This document shows positions 1-10,106 of a DNA stretch of 64,000 nt, piece by piece (within the stretch, counting starts at the first letter, position 1; each line of letters starts with the position of its first letter). A program made the position numbers and the translations under genes. The stretch is from Candidatus Amesbacteria bacterium GW2011_GWC2_45_19 (lineage in GTDB: Bacteria; Patescibacteriota; Microgenomatia; CAZETR01; Amesbacteraceae): the NCBI GenBank assembly GCA_001001555.1, contig LCKS01000002.1:7074-71073 (forward strand), given 5' to 3'. The notes beneath the pieces were generated by a model. It saw nothing but the letters and a program-made list of their open reading frames with translations, searched no databases and had not been told where the DNA came from.

Positions 1-143
1 CTTAAGTCATATAAAACAGTAGAGGAAATCAGATTCTATTACGGAACCGATAACAATTCTAAATCGAAGACGTTCATGAAAAAAATGTCCCCCAGGTTTC
101 CCCAGGGGCGTGATTAATTGCTATTATATACCAGCCTACTTAA

Positions 144-1238
144 TTGTCAATGCTCATCGGAATTGATGCCAACGAGGCCAATTTAACCCCCAACTTAGTG
201 GGCATAAATGAGTATGCTTTTAATTTGCTATGGGCGATTAGCAATTTGCAAACAGAACATAAGTTTGTAATTTATCTGAAAACTCCGCCTCGGAAAACGC
301 TCCCACCTGAAAGGTGGGATTGGAAATACCGGGTCATTCCGGCTCCCTTATTTTGGACCCAAACCAGATTGCCGTTTGATCTATTTTTCCACCAACCCCG
401 CCCCGATGTCTTCTTCAGCATGACCCACTACGCACCACGTTTTTCACCCATCCCCACGGTCGTGGCCATTATGGATTTGGGATTCCTGCGGACTCCGGAA
501 CAATTTACTCCCAAAGACTTTAATCAATTAAAGAGCTGGACCGGATACTCCGTCAAGAACGCCGCCAAAATAATCGCCATTTCCCAATACACAAAGCAGG
601 ATATTATCAAGAATTATCACCGTAATCCAAAAGACATCATAGTTACTCTTCTGGGTTACAACACCAAGCTCTTTAAGCTAGCTCACAAGCCCCCTAAGCC
701 TTATATACTATTTTTAAGCAGTCTCAAACCGAGCAAAAATGTGGAGGGCCTCATTCGCGCTTTCCATCAACTTGGTACTCAGCACTTAGCACTTAGCACT
801 AAACTGGTCATCGCCGGCAAAAAGGCCTGGCTGTACGGCCAAATATTTGCTTTAGTTAAACGGCTGGGTCTGGAGGACAGGGTTAAATTTACCGGCTTCG
901 TGGACGAAGCCGCTAAAGTGACTCTCATGCAGGAAGCTAGCGCCTATGTCCTGCCTAGTTTTCATGAAGGATTTGGCATTCCGGTATTGGAAGCCATGGC
1001 TTGTGGTACACCTGTCGTTATTTCCCAAGTGGCTAGCCTACCGGAAGTTGCCGGCAATGCCGGAATCTATGTCGATCCTTATTCTCCGGCCAGTATCGCG
1101 GATGGAATAAAAACGGCCATCGGACCAAAACGGGAAGAATTTGTGCACGCAGGCCTAAAGAGAGTAAAATTATTCAGCTGGGCCAAATGCGCCCAACTCA
1201 CCCTAACATGTTTAGAGACCGCAACGGCAGACCGTTAA
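144..1238 (+). CDS. glycosyltransferase family 1 (GT4)
   Basis: 364-aa ORF; C-terminal EGFGIPVLEAMACGTPVV motif typical of GT4 retaining glycosyltransferases. Confidence 0.8.
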   Translation: MSMLIGIDANEANLTPNLVGINEYAFNLLWAISNLQTEHKFVIYLKTPPRKTLPPERWDWKYRVIPAPLFWTQTRLPFDLFFHQPRPDVFFSMTHYAPRFSPIPTVVAIMDLGFLRTPEQFTPKDFNQLKSWTGYSVKNAAKIIAISQYTKQDIIKNYHRNPKDIIVTLLGYNTKLFKLAHKPPKPYILFLSSLKPSKNVEGLIRAFHQLGTQHLALSTKLVIAGKKAWLYGQIFALVKRLGLEDRVKFTGFVDEAAKVTLMQEASAYVLPSFHEGFGIPVLEAMACGTPVVISQVASLPEVAGNAGIYVDPYSPASIADGIKTAIGPKREEFVHAGLKRVKLFSWAKCAQLTLTCLETATADR

Positions 1239-1798
1239 CTATCCTACAAGTTTTACACAAGGGGATCGCCAGAATCTTCAATATTTTCCTGGACCTCGAG
1301 CTGTACTTGCTTTATCTGGTAGGCCTGGTTCCCTCGCATCTTTTCCGCAAATTTGCCTACCAACTCTGTGGGATGAAATTAAAAGGCACAATTCACATGT
1401 GGGCCAGGTTTTATAACCCAGCTAATATCGAGATTGGGGAGGGCACCATAGTCGGAGATCACGCTTTTCTTGACGGACGGGCCAAACTGAAAATCGGCAG
1501 TCACGTGGATATCGCTTCCGAAGTCATGATTTACAACTCTGAACATGATTTGACCGCAGAAGACTTTATGGCCACTGTTGCCCCGGTGGAAATCAGTGAC
1601 TATGTCTTTATCGGCCCCCGGGCCATTATTTTGCCGGGAGTTAAAATAGGCCGCGGAGCCGCAGTTGCGGCTGGAGCCGTAGTCACCAAAGATGTACCGG
1701 ATTTTAACGTTGTCGGCGGCGTCCCCGCTAAGATAATAGGGGAGAGAAGTAATAAAAATTTAAAGTATCGACTAGGACGGGCCAGACTATTTCAATGA
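1187..1798 (+). CDS. hexapeptide-repeat (LbH) O-acetyltransferase, WcaF/maltose-acetyltransferase-like
   Basis: Left-handed beta-helix repeats (IGEGTIVGDHAFLDG..., FIGPRAIILPGVKIGRGAAVAAGAVV, VVGGVPAKIIGER). The ATG at 1187 overlaps the upstream gene; the true start may be internal (e.g. ATG near 1373). Confidence 0.75.
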   Translation: MRPTHPNMFRDRNGRPLTILQVLHKGIARIFNIFLDLELYLLYLVGLVPSHLFRKFAYQLCGMKLKGTIHMWARFYNPANIEIGEGTIVGDHAFLDGRAKLKIGSHVDIASEVMIYNSEHDLTAEDFMATVAPVEISDYVFIGPRAIILPGVKIGRGAAVAAGAVVTKDVPDFNVVGGVPAKIIGERSNKNLKYRLGRARLFQ

Positions 1799-2271
1799 AG
1801 ATAATTATAGCTATACTTATAGGCATTTATTTGATGTTGCCTTCTCCCAAATTTCCTGACGTGCCTCCCGGCTCACTTCAATCAAATGAACCGGCAGACA
1901 CCGAAAGCGTTTACCGTCAGGCTTATTACACCAATCTTGCCCGTCCGGAAATAATGGATTATTACGACCGGGCCTTCCGCGGCCCCATCCAATACCGTTT
2001 AAATCTGCCTCCTGAAGACGCTTATTCTGTCATCCGTGACCAGACCAGAAGCAGTTTTTTGGAGCAGATAGTCCATCCCGGGCGGGAGTCGTTGTATATT
2101 AATGCCTTCGTGCCCACCAAGCCTACCGAACAGATCAATATCAACGGTGTTCATTACCTGAACAAAGTCACTATCCGTTATCTGCCCTCTCATCCCATCT
2201 CCCGTCTGACTGTCCTGGCCCTGTCTAGCCTGTTATTCCTGTGGCTGGTTAAAGAATATTCCCATGTCTAA
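1795..2271 (+). CDS. hypothetical small membrane protein
   Basis: 158-aa ORF with hydrophobic N- and C-termini, overlaps neighbours by 4 nt (operon context). Confidence 0.4.
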   Translation: MKIIIAILIGIYLMLPSPKFPDVPPGSLQSNEPADTESVYRQAYYTNLARPEIMDYYDRAFRGPIQYRLNLPPEDAYSVIRDQTRSSFLEQIVHPGRESLYINAFVPTKPTEQININGVHYLNKVTIRYLPSHPISRLTVLALSSLLFLWLVKEYSHV

Positions 2272-3511
2272 ATACTTATTAGCTTTAATATTAATTTTTG
2301 CAGCCCTTTACCCTAAGTTTCCCCTGTTGGGAGTATCCGGCACTTTCGTGGCCGTCCGCCTGGAAGATTTTGTCATCGCCGCGGCCATTGCCTTTTGGGG
2401 ACTGACCGCTATGCGTCAAAAATACCTGCCTGTCCACCGCTCGATTCTCCTATATCTGGCGGTAGGTTTCGTCTCCGTTTTTTCCGCCGTTTTTGTTACC
2501 AAAACGGCTGGTCTTAATCTGGGCTTTCTGCACGCCCTCCGCCGGGTAGAATACATGGCTCTTTTTGCCGTGGGTTTCCACTTCCTGCAAAACCGGGATC
2601 AATTGCATTTTCTCATCCGCACTTTTCTGATAATTTCTCTGCTGGTGTCTATTTTTGGTCTGGGTCAGCAATTTTTGGGCTGGCCGGTCATCTCCACCAC
2701 CAATAGTGAATTTGCCAAAGGCCTGGCCCTGACCTTGGGAGAAGGGGCCCGCATTAATTCTACTTTTGCCGGTCATTACGACCTGGCCGCCTTTTCCATT
2801 TTTCCCTTGTTTCTGGTCATCGCCCTGCTGACCCTGCCCCGGATTCGACACAAATGGGTTTTAGTGGGCATTGGTTCTTTGGCTTATTGGACCATGCTTC
2901 TGTCCGCTTCCCGGGTCACCTTCGCCGCTTTTTACGTCACCGCCGCCCTCTTTTTGCTGCTCATTCATAAGAGGCTTTGGCTCATACCCCTGATGGCCTT
3001 AGCCATTTTCAGCATTTTGATCTCTCCCCAGCTGCTGGGCCGGTACCGCGAGCTTTTAATCAACCACGTCTATGCCGCCGAGACAGCGGCTGACGAAGAA
3101 GTGCCCGATGCTCTCAAACCCCCGGCTGTTCCCGAAGACCGCTCATTCAATATCCGCCTCCAGGCCGAATGGCCCCGGGCCCTGCGGGCTTTTTATCAAA
3201 ACCCGGTTTTGGGCACCGGTTTTTCTTCCGTCGGCCTGGCGGTGGACAACGATTATCTGCGCCTGCTGGCCGAAACCGGCCTGTTGGGATTTTTGGCCTT
3301 CGGTCTGATCATGCTGCGCATCTTTAAGTCCGCCCGGCCTTATTTGCGCGCTCCCAATTCTCCCCCGGAGGCCTTTATCGTCGCCGTAACTCTGGGATTG
3401 GTGGGCCTGCTGCTTAACGCCGCTTTTATCGATGTTTTTGAAGCTTCAAAAATTGCCGTTATTGCCTGGACCTTGCTTGGAGTAGCTGAAAAGGCCAAAA
3501 TATTGGTATGA
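2264..3511 (+). CDS. O-antigen ligase/polymerase-like membrane protein (Wzy_C family)
   Basis: Polytopic membrane protein; periplasmic loop with RxxxW...NPVLGTGFSSVG pattern typical of Wzy_C/O-antigen ligase family. Confidence 0.6.
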   Translation: MSKYLLALILIFAALYPKFPLLGVSGTFVAVRLEDFVIAAAIAFWGLTAMRQKYLPVHRSILLYLAVGFVSVFSAVFVTKTAGLNLGFLHALRRVEYMALFAVGFHFLQNRDQLHFLIRTFLIISLLVSIFGLGQQFLGWPVISTTNSEFAKGLALTLGEGARINSTFAGHYDLAAFSIFPLFLVIALLTLPRIRHKWVLVGIGSLAYWTMLLSASRVTFAAFYVTAALFLLLIHKRLWLIPLMALAIFSILISPQLLGRYRELLINHVYAAETAADEEVPDALKPPAVPEDRSFNIRLQAEWPRALRAFYQNPVLGTGFSSVGLAVDNDYLRLLAETGLLGFLAFGLIMLRIFKSARPYLRAPNSPPEAFIVAVTLGLVGLLLNAAFIDVFEASKIAVIAWTLLGVAEKAKILV

Positions 3512-4851
3512 TCCGCCGTTTTCAATATCTTTTCCTTGGCTTGCTCCTGGTCTTGGGGTTTGTAGTCCGCCTTTACAAAATCACCAACCCCATTGCCGAT
3601 TGGCAGTCCTGGCGCCAGGCAGATACCTCCGCCGTCACCCGCAACTGGGTGAAAAACGGCGTAGACGTTCTCACTCCCCGTTACGATGATTTTTCCGACG
3701 TCTCCGGCCGTGGTCTATTTAACCCCAACGGTTACCGTTTCACCGAATTCCCCCTCTTTAATCTAATCCATTATTTCCTCTATTCTCTATTATCTAATTT
3801 CTATTCTCTAGAACTAGTGGGTCGTTTGACCTCTATTCTGGCCACGCTCGTCTCCGCCGCTCTCCTTTTCTTTTTGGCTCGCCGCCATTCCACCTCGGAG
3901 GTGGCCTGGCTAACTACGGCCATCTTTCTCTTTCTGCCCTACAACATTTATTTTACCCGCGTTATCTTACCAGATCCTCTGATGGTCACCTTGGTTTTGG
4001 CGGCTCTTTTAGCCCAACCTTCTTCGCGCTTGCTGACTTGGATCTTTGGTTCTCTGGCCGTCCTGGTTAAACCCACCGCCATTTTTTTCCTCTTGCCCTT
4101 GCTCAAAGACTTTTGGCTTTTTGCCAGCCTGCTTTTACCCTTTGGCCTGTGGCGCATTTGGGAGCACCGTTCTCCCGAGGGCATTCCCGCCAGCCTGTGG
4201 CTGTTAAACGGCAATGGCATCCGCTTCCGCCCCGCCTGGTTTAGATGGCTGTTTGGCGAGAGGCTGGGGGATATGATTCTGGGTCAGTGGGGGATTTTTC
4301 CCTTCTTACTGGGGCTTTTTCAGGCCAATTCCTATTGGCTCACCTGGGCCGCCGGGGCTCTGCTGTACTTAATCGTTTTTGCCACCGGCAACATCCAGCA
4401 TGATTATTACCAACTCCCTCTTATTCCTATAGTTTCCGTTTTGGTGGCCCTGGGGGCAATTCACTTCAGTACCACCCTGGCCAAAAAAGCCGTCATGGCT
4501 TTCTGCGTCCTGCTGATGCTCGGCTTGGCTTGGTATGACATCAAAGGGGATTATCAGGTTAACAATTGGCCCATCGTCCGCGCCGGCCTGGCCGCGGATA
4601 AACTTTTGCCCAAAAATGCCATCGTCGTCGCCCCTTACAACGGAGACACCGCTTTCCTGTACCAGACCAACCGCCGGGGATTTCCTAATTTGTCCTTACC
4701 CATCAAGGATTTGCGCGACCGCTTCGGCGCCCAGTATTATGTTTCGGTCAATTATGATGATCAAACCAATGCCATTATGAAAAAATATACAGTTCTTGCG
4801 CAGACTCCCGAATATGTCATCATTCAGCTCGTTGAGCCGATCCGCCCATGA
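3508..4851 (+). CDS. ArnT/PMT-like (GT83/GT39) membrane glycosyltransferase
   Basis: N-terminal region (VVRLYKITNPIADWQSWRQADTSAVTRNW) plus many TM segments resembles 4-amino-arabinose/dolichyl-phosphate-mannose transferase family; C-terminal soluble domain. Confidence 0.55.
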   Translation: MIRRFQYLFLGLLLVLGFVVRLYKITNPIADWQSWRQADTSAVTRNWVKNGVDVLTPRYDDFSDVSGRGLFNPNGYRFTEFPLFNLIHYFLYSLLSNFYSLELVGRLTSILATLVSAALLFFLARRHSTSEVAWLTTAIFLFLPYNIYFTRVILPDPLMVTLVLAALLAQPSSRLLTWIFGSLAVLVKPTAIFFLLPLLKDFWLFASLLLPFGLWRIWEHRSPEGIPASLWLLNGNGIRFRPAWFRWLFGERLGDMILGQWGIFPFLLGLFQANSYWLTWAAGALLYLIVFATGNIQHDYYQLPLIPIVSVLVALGAIHFSTTLAKKAVMAFCVLLMLGLAWYDIKGDYQVNNWPIVRAGLAADKLLPKNAIVVAPYNGDTAFLYQTNRRGFPNLSLPIKDLRDRFGAQYYVSVNYDDQTNAIMKKYTVLAQTPEYVIIQLVEPIRP

Positions 4852-6047
4852 AGATCCTGATGCTCCTGCCGTATTTGCCTTACCCTCCGTCAGAGGGCGG
4901 TCAAGTCCGTTCCTACAAACTCATTAAGTTGTTGTCTAGAAAGCACACCATTACTTTAGTTTGTTTTTCCCGCCAGCATAATACTCAAGACCAAATCAGT
5001 CATATGAAACAATTTTGCCGTAAAGTCATAGTTATTGAACGGGGAAAGACTTGGACTCTGGCAAATATCTTGCGCACCGGTTTTTCTCCCTATCCTTTTC
5101 TCGTCTCCATTTATTATTCTCCCCAAATTAAACAGGTCCTCCAGGAAGAGCTGCAAAGCGGCCAATACGATTTAATTCACGCGGAAATGTCATATACCCT
5201 GCCGTACCTCCCTCCTCATAACCTGCCCATTATTTTGGTCGAGCAGACTATCATGTCCCGGATATTTGGCCACCAGGCCAACACCGACAAGCGCTTGTGG
5301 TTCAGGCCGTTTATGTGGATCGACGTAGCCAAAATGCGTTTTTGGGAACAATACTTTTGGAGGAGAGTCAGCCGGGTAGTTACGGTTTCCGCCGAAGACG
5401 CCAAAGTTATCCAAAAGATAATCCCGGGCTTAAGAGTCGACGTAGTGCCTAATGGAGTAGGGGAGGATGTCAGCAATTTGCCCAAAAAACCTCATTATAA
5501 TCACCGCATTTTATATATGGGTAATTATAAATGGATTCAAAATTGGGAAGCGGCAGAACTGCTGGCCAAAAAGGTTTTTCCTCTGATTAAAAAAGCTATC
5601 CCCACCGCCAGGCTGATCATCGCCGGCCAATTCCCTACTTCTGAAGTCAAAGCCCTCAAAACTTCAGGAGTGGAAATTCTGGAACTCAAGGATTCCGACA
5701 CGCAGGGAGTGGTCAACGCCTATCTTGACTCCGGTCTGTTTGTGGCTCCCATGTATGCCCCGGGCGGCACCAGGCTGAAAATACTGGCAGCTATGGCAGC
5801 CATGATCCCGGTTGTCACCACCCCGGTTGGGGCCGAAGGATATGGAGCGGTTGACGGCGGATCAATTATTATCGGCACCACCCCGGAAGACATTGCCAAT
5901 AAATCCATCCAGGTTTTACAGAATAAAAAGATGTATACCCAGATCGCCAATAAAGCCAGACACCTAGTGGATACCAAATTCTCCTGGGAGCCGATTGCCC
6001 AAAAGCTGGAAAGCATATATGAAGACCTTGTCCATCATCATTCTTAG
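4848..6047 (+). CDS. glycosyltransferase family 1 (GT4)
   Basis: 399-aa ORF; GT4-like C-terminal domain (FVAPMYAPGGTRLKILAAMAAMIPVVTT). Confidence 0.7.
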   Translation: MKILMLLPYLPYPPSEGGQVRSYKLIKLLSRKHTITLVCFSRQHNTQDQISHMKQFCRKVIVIERGKTWTLANILRTGFSPYPFLVSIYYSPQIKQVLQEELQSGQYDLIHAEMSYTLPYLPPHNLPIILVEQTIMSRIFGHQANTDKRLWFRPFMWIDVAKMRFWEQYFWRRVSRVVTVSAEDAKVIQKIIPGLRVDVVPNGVGEDVSNLPKKPHYNHRILYMGNYKWIQNWEAAELLAKKVFPLIKKAIPTARLIIAGQFPTSEVKALKTSGVEILELKDSDTQGVVNAYLDSGLFVAPMYAPGGTRLKILAAMAAMIPVVTTPVGAEGYGAVDGGSIIIGTTPEDIANKSIQVLQNKKMYTQIANKARHLVDTKFSWEPIAQKLESIYEDLVHHHS

Positions 6048-6852
6048 CTACAACGTCAAGAAACTGCTTCTTGACTGTTTAGCTTCTATCCCAAAACATC
6101 TGGATTGGGAAGTCATCGTTGTGGACAACGCCTCAAGCGATGACTCTGGCACCGCGGTTAAACACCATTTTCCATTTGTCGCGGTCGCGCAAAACGACAA
6201 AAACTTAGGTTTTGCTGCTGGCAACAACGTTGGCATTAAAAAATCTGTCGGCCAATATATTCTTTTATTAAACCCCGATACTATCGTTTACCCCAACACT
6301 ATAGAAACCGTTCTCAAATATATGCAATCTCATCCTAAAGTTGGCGCGGCTACCTGCCGGGTAGAACTCCCAGACGGTTCTCTCGATTATTCCTGCCATC
6401 GCCATTTTCCCGATCCCATCGGTTCTTTTTTACACCTGATCGGTCTGCGTCACCTTTCTAAATATTCCTCAACCCACGTTCCAAACGCTATTCATGAAAT
6501 CGACGCTCTCGTTGGCGCCTTTGCCATGATCAGAAGAACTGCCGGCGATCAGGTTAGTTGGCTGGACGAGGATTATAAATTTAACGGCGAAGACATCGAT
6601 TTTTGTTACAAATTAAAAGAAAAAGGCTGGAAAGTGATGTATATTCCGGACGTCAAAACTACTCATTTCAAGGGCTCATCTGTCCGGGCTATCCCAGCCG
6701 GCCGCCGCTGTTGGGCTGTCAACTCGACAGACGCCATGCGTCTTTTCTACAGCAAACACCTGGCCGCAAAATACCCCTTCTTTGTAAACTGGGCTGTTTA
6801 CCTGGGTATCAAAGTTCTTGAGATTTTTAGAACGATGGGAGCTTATTTTTAA
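6028..6852 (+). CDS. glycosyltransferase family 2
   Basis: LSIIILSYNVKK...VIVVDNASSDDS...GNNVGIKK...LLNPDT signature of GT2. ORF begins at 5995 but ATG at 6028 (MKTLSII) is the likely start. Confidence 0.8.
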   Translation: MSIIILSYNVKKLLLDCLASIPKHLDWEVIVVDNASSDDSGTAVKHHFPFVAVAQNDKNLGFAAGNNVGIKKSVGQYILLLNPDTIVYPNTIETVLKYMQSHPKVGAATCRVELPDGSLDYSCHRHFPDPIGSFLHLIGLRHLSKYSSTHVPNAIHEIDALVGAFAMIRRTAGDQVSWLDEDYKFNGEDIDFCYKLKEKGWKVMYIPDVKTTHFKGSSVRAIPAGRRCWAVNSTDAMRLFYSKHLAAKYPFFVNWAVYLGIKVLEIFRTMGAYF

Positions 6853-6854
6853 GT

Positions 6855-6915
6855 ACCTCACCCCAGCCCTCTCCTAATTTAGGAGAGGGGGATCCGCCGC
6901 AGTGGAGGGTGAGGT
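6855..6915. repeat. nested palindromic element (ACCTCACCC..CCCTCTCCTAA-TTT-AGGAGAGGG..GGGTGAGGT), intergenic copy of the CCCTCTCC hairpin family
   Basis: Perfect about 10-bp inner stem and 9-bp outer stem read directly from the sequence; related copies at 36106-36170, 42968-42990, 61479-61533. Confidence 0.8.
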
Positions 6916-6926
6916 ATAATTTAAGC

Positions 6927-7994
6927 ATGGGTCGGATTATTTGTATTGACGCCAGGTTGTGGGGAATTAGGCACACCGGAATAGGCCGCTATGTAGAGAA
7001 TCTTATTGATAATTTACCTGGCGAAGTAATACTTATCGTTCCGCCCGATCTGAAAAACGAGCCCAAGTTGGCCAAATTTACCAAATATTACGCCCGTTTT
7101 CACCCCTACTCTTTCTTAGCCCAGCTGGAAATGCTGTGGATTCTGTCTTTTATCAGGCCAGATTTACTGCACGTTCCCCACTTTACGATTCTCGTCCTTT
7201 GGCCCGGCAGAATGGTCGTTACCATTCACGATTTAATTAAACACATTTCCAAAGGCCATGACACCACCACCCGCCATCCCCTTCTTTACTGGCTAAAGTA
7301 TTTTGGATATTTAATTATTGTCTGGCTGGCCGTGCACCGGGCCAGCCATATTATTGTCCCGGCCAAATACTGGCGGGACATCTTAATCAAAAAATACGGT
7401 CTAAATCCAGCCGAAATCTCTGTCATCTACGAAGGAGTAGCTCAAACATTTTTGGGTGACTCTTTAAAGGAGACTCCTTTCAAGAGTATCCCAAGGCCGT
7501 TTGTGGTTTATACGGGAAATTTGTATCCTCACAAAAACATTCTGGTTCTTATCCGAGCCGTAGAACTAGCTAAAGTAAACCTGGCCATCGTCTGCGCCCG
7601 CTCGGTTTTTGCCGACCGCCTTCCCACTTCGCCCCGGGTGTTTTACTTAGGTCAACTAAGTGATGAACAGCTGGTAGGTCTTTATCAGCAGGCTGCAGCT
7701 TTCACTTTCCCCTCATTAATAGAAGGATTCGGTTTGCCGGGCCTGGAAGCTATGGCGGTGGGTTTACCGGTCATTGCCGCCCGGGCCTCCTGTTTGCCGG
7801 AAATTTACGGAGACGCGGCTTTGTTTTTTAGTCCTCACGATCCCGTAGATCTGGCCGATAAAATTCAAAGCCTGCTCATCGACAAAAAACTGCGCGAAAT
7901 GCTAATTGCTAAAGGCCAAATGCAAGTTAAAAAATACTCCTGGGCCACTATGGCCGCCCAAACATGGGAGATTTACCAAGCCGCATCGCGTTAG
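6927..7994 (+). CDS. glycosyltransferase family 1 (GT4)
   Basis: EGFGLPGLEAMAVGLPVIA motif. ORF extends to 6909 (GTG) but that lies inside the palindromic element; ATG at 6927 preferred. Confidence 0.8.
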   Translation: MGRIICIDARLWGIRHTGIGRYVENLIDNLPGEVILIVPPDLKNEPKLAKFTKYYARFHPYSFLAQLEMLWILSFIRPDLLHVPHFTILVLWPGRMVVTIHDLIKHISKGHDTTTRHPLLYWLKYFGYLIIVWLAVHRASHIIVPAKYWRDILIKKYGLNPAEISVIYEGVAQTFLGDSLKETPFKSIPRPFVVYTGNLYPHKNILVLIRAVELAKVNLAIVCARSVFADRLPTSPRVFYLGQLSDEQLVGLYQQAAAFTFPSLIEGFGLPGLEAMAVGLPVIAARASCLPEIYGDAALFFSPHDPVDLADKIQSLLIDKKLREMLIAKGQMQVKKYSWATMAAQTWEIYQAASR

Positions 7995-9121
7995 TTTACG
8001 ACCGGGTGAATAAGTGGGGCGGGGCGGAGAGAGTACTATTGGCTCTTCATGAAATGTTTCCCGGCGCTCCCCTCTACACCGCCGTCTATAACCCCGCAAC
8101 TGCAGGATGGGCTAAAGTTTTTTCTCAAGTTATTCCTACTTTCTTACAAAAATTTCCTTTTGCCAAATCCAATCATGAACTCTACCCCTGGCTTACCCTC
8201 ATCGCCTTTGAAACTCTGAAATTTGACGATTATGACATAGTTATTTCTGTCACTTCTGCCGATGCTAAGGGAATTATTACCAAACCCGGAACCTTTCATC
8301 TATGTTATTGTCTCACTCCCACCCGTTACTTATGGAGTCATAGTGAGTCGTACCGTAATGAGTTGGGAGTAGTGGGGAAAGTATTAACCACTCCATTGTT
8401 TAATTATTTAAAGTCCTGGGATTTAATCGCTTCCCGCCGCCCCGACGCATATGTCGCTATTTCAAAAACAGTCCAATCGCGGATCAAAAAATATTACCGC
8501 CTGGATTCGCAAGTAGTATACCCACCCGTAGACGTCGAACTTTTTAGTCAACCAATTACTATGAACCATGAACTAATAACTAACAACTTCTTCTTGTATG
8601 TGGGCAGATTAGTGGCTTACAAACAAGCCCAGCTCTTAGTTGAAACTTTTAATGATCTGAAATTGCCGTTGGCTATTATCGGGACAGGATCACTTGAATC
8701 AAAACTCAAAGCCATGGCCGCTCCCAACATTCGCTTTCTTGGGCAAGTGGCTGAAACCGAATTGCTTGTCTATTATCAGCATGCGCGGGCGGTTTTGTTT
8801 ATTCACGAGGAGGATTTTGGCCTGGTGCCGGTCGAAGCCCAGGCTGCCGGCACCCCGGTTATCGCCTTAAACCGCGGCGGGGCCAGTGAGACGGTGATTC
8901 ACGGGCAGACAGGTTTGCTGCTTGATAGCGTGTTAGATCTTAAAAATGCTATTCTTAACTTTGACCCTACTCAATTTGACCGGGAGTTTATTAAATCCCA
9001 TGCCCAAAAATTTGCCAAAGACAGATTCAAAAGAGAATTTGAGAGAGCACTTGTACGTGCTTATTCTGGCCGGCGGCGGCGGCACCCGGCTGTGGCCCCT
9101 TTCCCGCGAAAATTCTCCTAA
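7964..9121 (+). CDS. glycosyltransferase family 1 (GT4)
   Basis: N-terminal GGAERV and C-terminal EEDFGLVPVEAQAAGTPVIALNRGGASETV motifs; 3' end overlaps manC in another frame. Confidence 0.8.
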   Translation: MGDLPSRIALVYDRVNKWGGAERVLLALHEMFPGAPLYTAVYNPATAGWAKVFSQVIPTFLQKFPFAKSNHELYPWLTLIAFETLKFDDYDIVISVTSADAKGIITKPGTFHLCYCLTPTRYLWSHSESYRNELGVVGKVLTTPLFNYLKSWDLIASRRPDAYVAISKTVQSRIKKYYRLDSQVVYPPVDVELFSQPITMNHELITNNFFLYVGRLVAYKQAQLLVETFNDLKLPLAIIGTGSLESKLKAMAAPNIRFLGQVAETELLVYYQHARAVLFIHEEDFGLVPVEAQAAGTPVIALNRGGASETVIHGQTGLLLDSVLDLKNAILNFDPTQFDREFIKSHAQKFAKDRFKREFERALVRAYSGRRRRHPAVAPFPRKFS

Positions 9122-10103
9122 ACAATTTATCAAGCTTTTTGACGGCAAATCTTTACTGCAGCTGACGGTCGGGCGGGCCGTCGAGCTAGCTCCTCCAGAC
9201 CGGATATACGTCTCCACTTCCGCGAAATATGTCTCTGAAATAAAAAAACAGTGTCCCAGAATAAAGAACGAGAACATCATTGCCGAACCTCAACGTAAAG
9301 ATACCGCTATTGCCCACGGCCTCGGGGCCGCCTATATTTATCACCAGAACCCTGAAGCCATAATTATTAATTTAGCCTCCGACCATCTAATTTCACCCGT
9401 CTCCGGTTTTGTTAAAGATATTCTAACCGCTGTTGAATTTGCAGACCAAAATAAATTCGTCACCGTCGGTATTAAGCCCAAGTTTCCCCATACCGGCATG
9501 GGTCACATCAAATTTAAAGGTCATGTAGGCCTCAAATTTGTTGAGAAACCCCCCCTCGATCTGGCTAAAAAATTCACAGCCTCCGGAAATTATTTATGGA
9601 ATGCTAACCTGTATGTCTGGAAAGCCAAGTTATATCTGGATCTCCTCAAAAAACACGCTCCCAAAACTTATTCTTTTTTCCCCAGAATCATAAATAGCAT
9701 TGGTACCGACAAAGAAAAAGAGATAATTCAACTGGCTTTTCAAATGGCTCCCAGTATTTCGGTAGATTATGCGGTTTCGGAAAAGGTCACCAATTTTGTT
9801 TGTATCACCGGACATTTTAACTGGTCAGATGTGGGAGATTGGAACGTGGTTTGGCAAAACCTGCCCCAAGACGCCGCCGGCAACGCTGTCGCGGGCAGCC
9901 GGGGGAGAGGCGAGTTAGTCGGCCTCAATTCCCAAAACAATCTATTTATTTTAGACAAACAGCTCATCACATTGGTCGGGCTTTCGGATATGGTAGTTGT
10001 AGATACGCCGGACGCTATCCTCATTTGCCCCAAAGACAACGCCCAGGCCGTCAAACAGCTGCATCAAATACTTAAGGAGCAAAAACTGCTAAAATACTTG
10101 TAA
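9000..10103 (+). CDS. manC: mannose-1-phosphate guanylyltransferase (GDP-mannose pyrophosphorylase)
   Basis: LILAGGGGTRLWPLSRENSPKQF nucleotidyltransferase signature plus C-terminal cupin-less ManC-like domain. Start uncertain (ATG 9000, TTG 9051 or GTG 9057; ORF opens at 8946). Confidence 0.8.
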   Translation: MPKNLPKTDSKENLREHLYVLILAGGGGTRLWPLSRENSPKQFIKLFDGKSLLQLTVGRAVELAPPDRIYVSTSAKYVSEIKKQCPRIKNENIIAEPQRKDTAIAHGLGAAYIYHQNPEAIIINLASDHLISPVSGFVKDILTAVEFADQNKFVTVGIKPKFPHTGMGHIKFKGHVGLKFVEKPPLDLAKKFTASGNYLWNANLYVWKAKLYLDLLKKHAPKTYSFFPRIINSIGTDKEKEIIQLAFQMAPSISVDYAVSEKVTNFVCITGHFNWSDVGDWNVVWQNLPQDAAGNAVAGSRGRGELVGLNSQNNLFILDKQLITLVGLSDMVVVDTPDAILICPKDNAQAVKQLHQILKEQKLLKYL

Positions 10104-10106
10104 TTC

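Noticed and set aside
8946-9050. N-terminal 35-aa extension of manC overlapping the upstream GT4 in another frame
   Set aside because: Probably not translated; the conserved ManC core begins at LYVLILAGGGG. A later ATG/TTG/GTG start is more plausible, and the overlap is an ORF-finder artefact.
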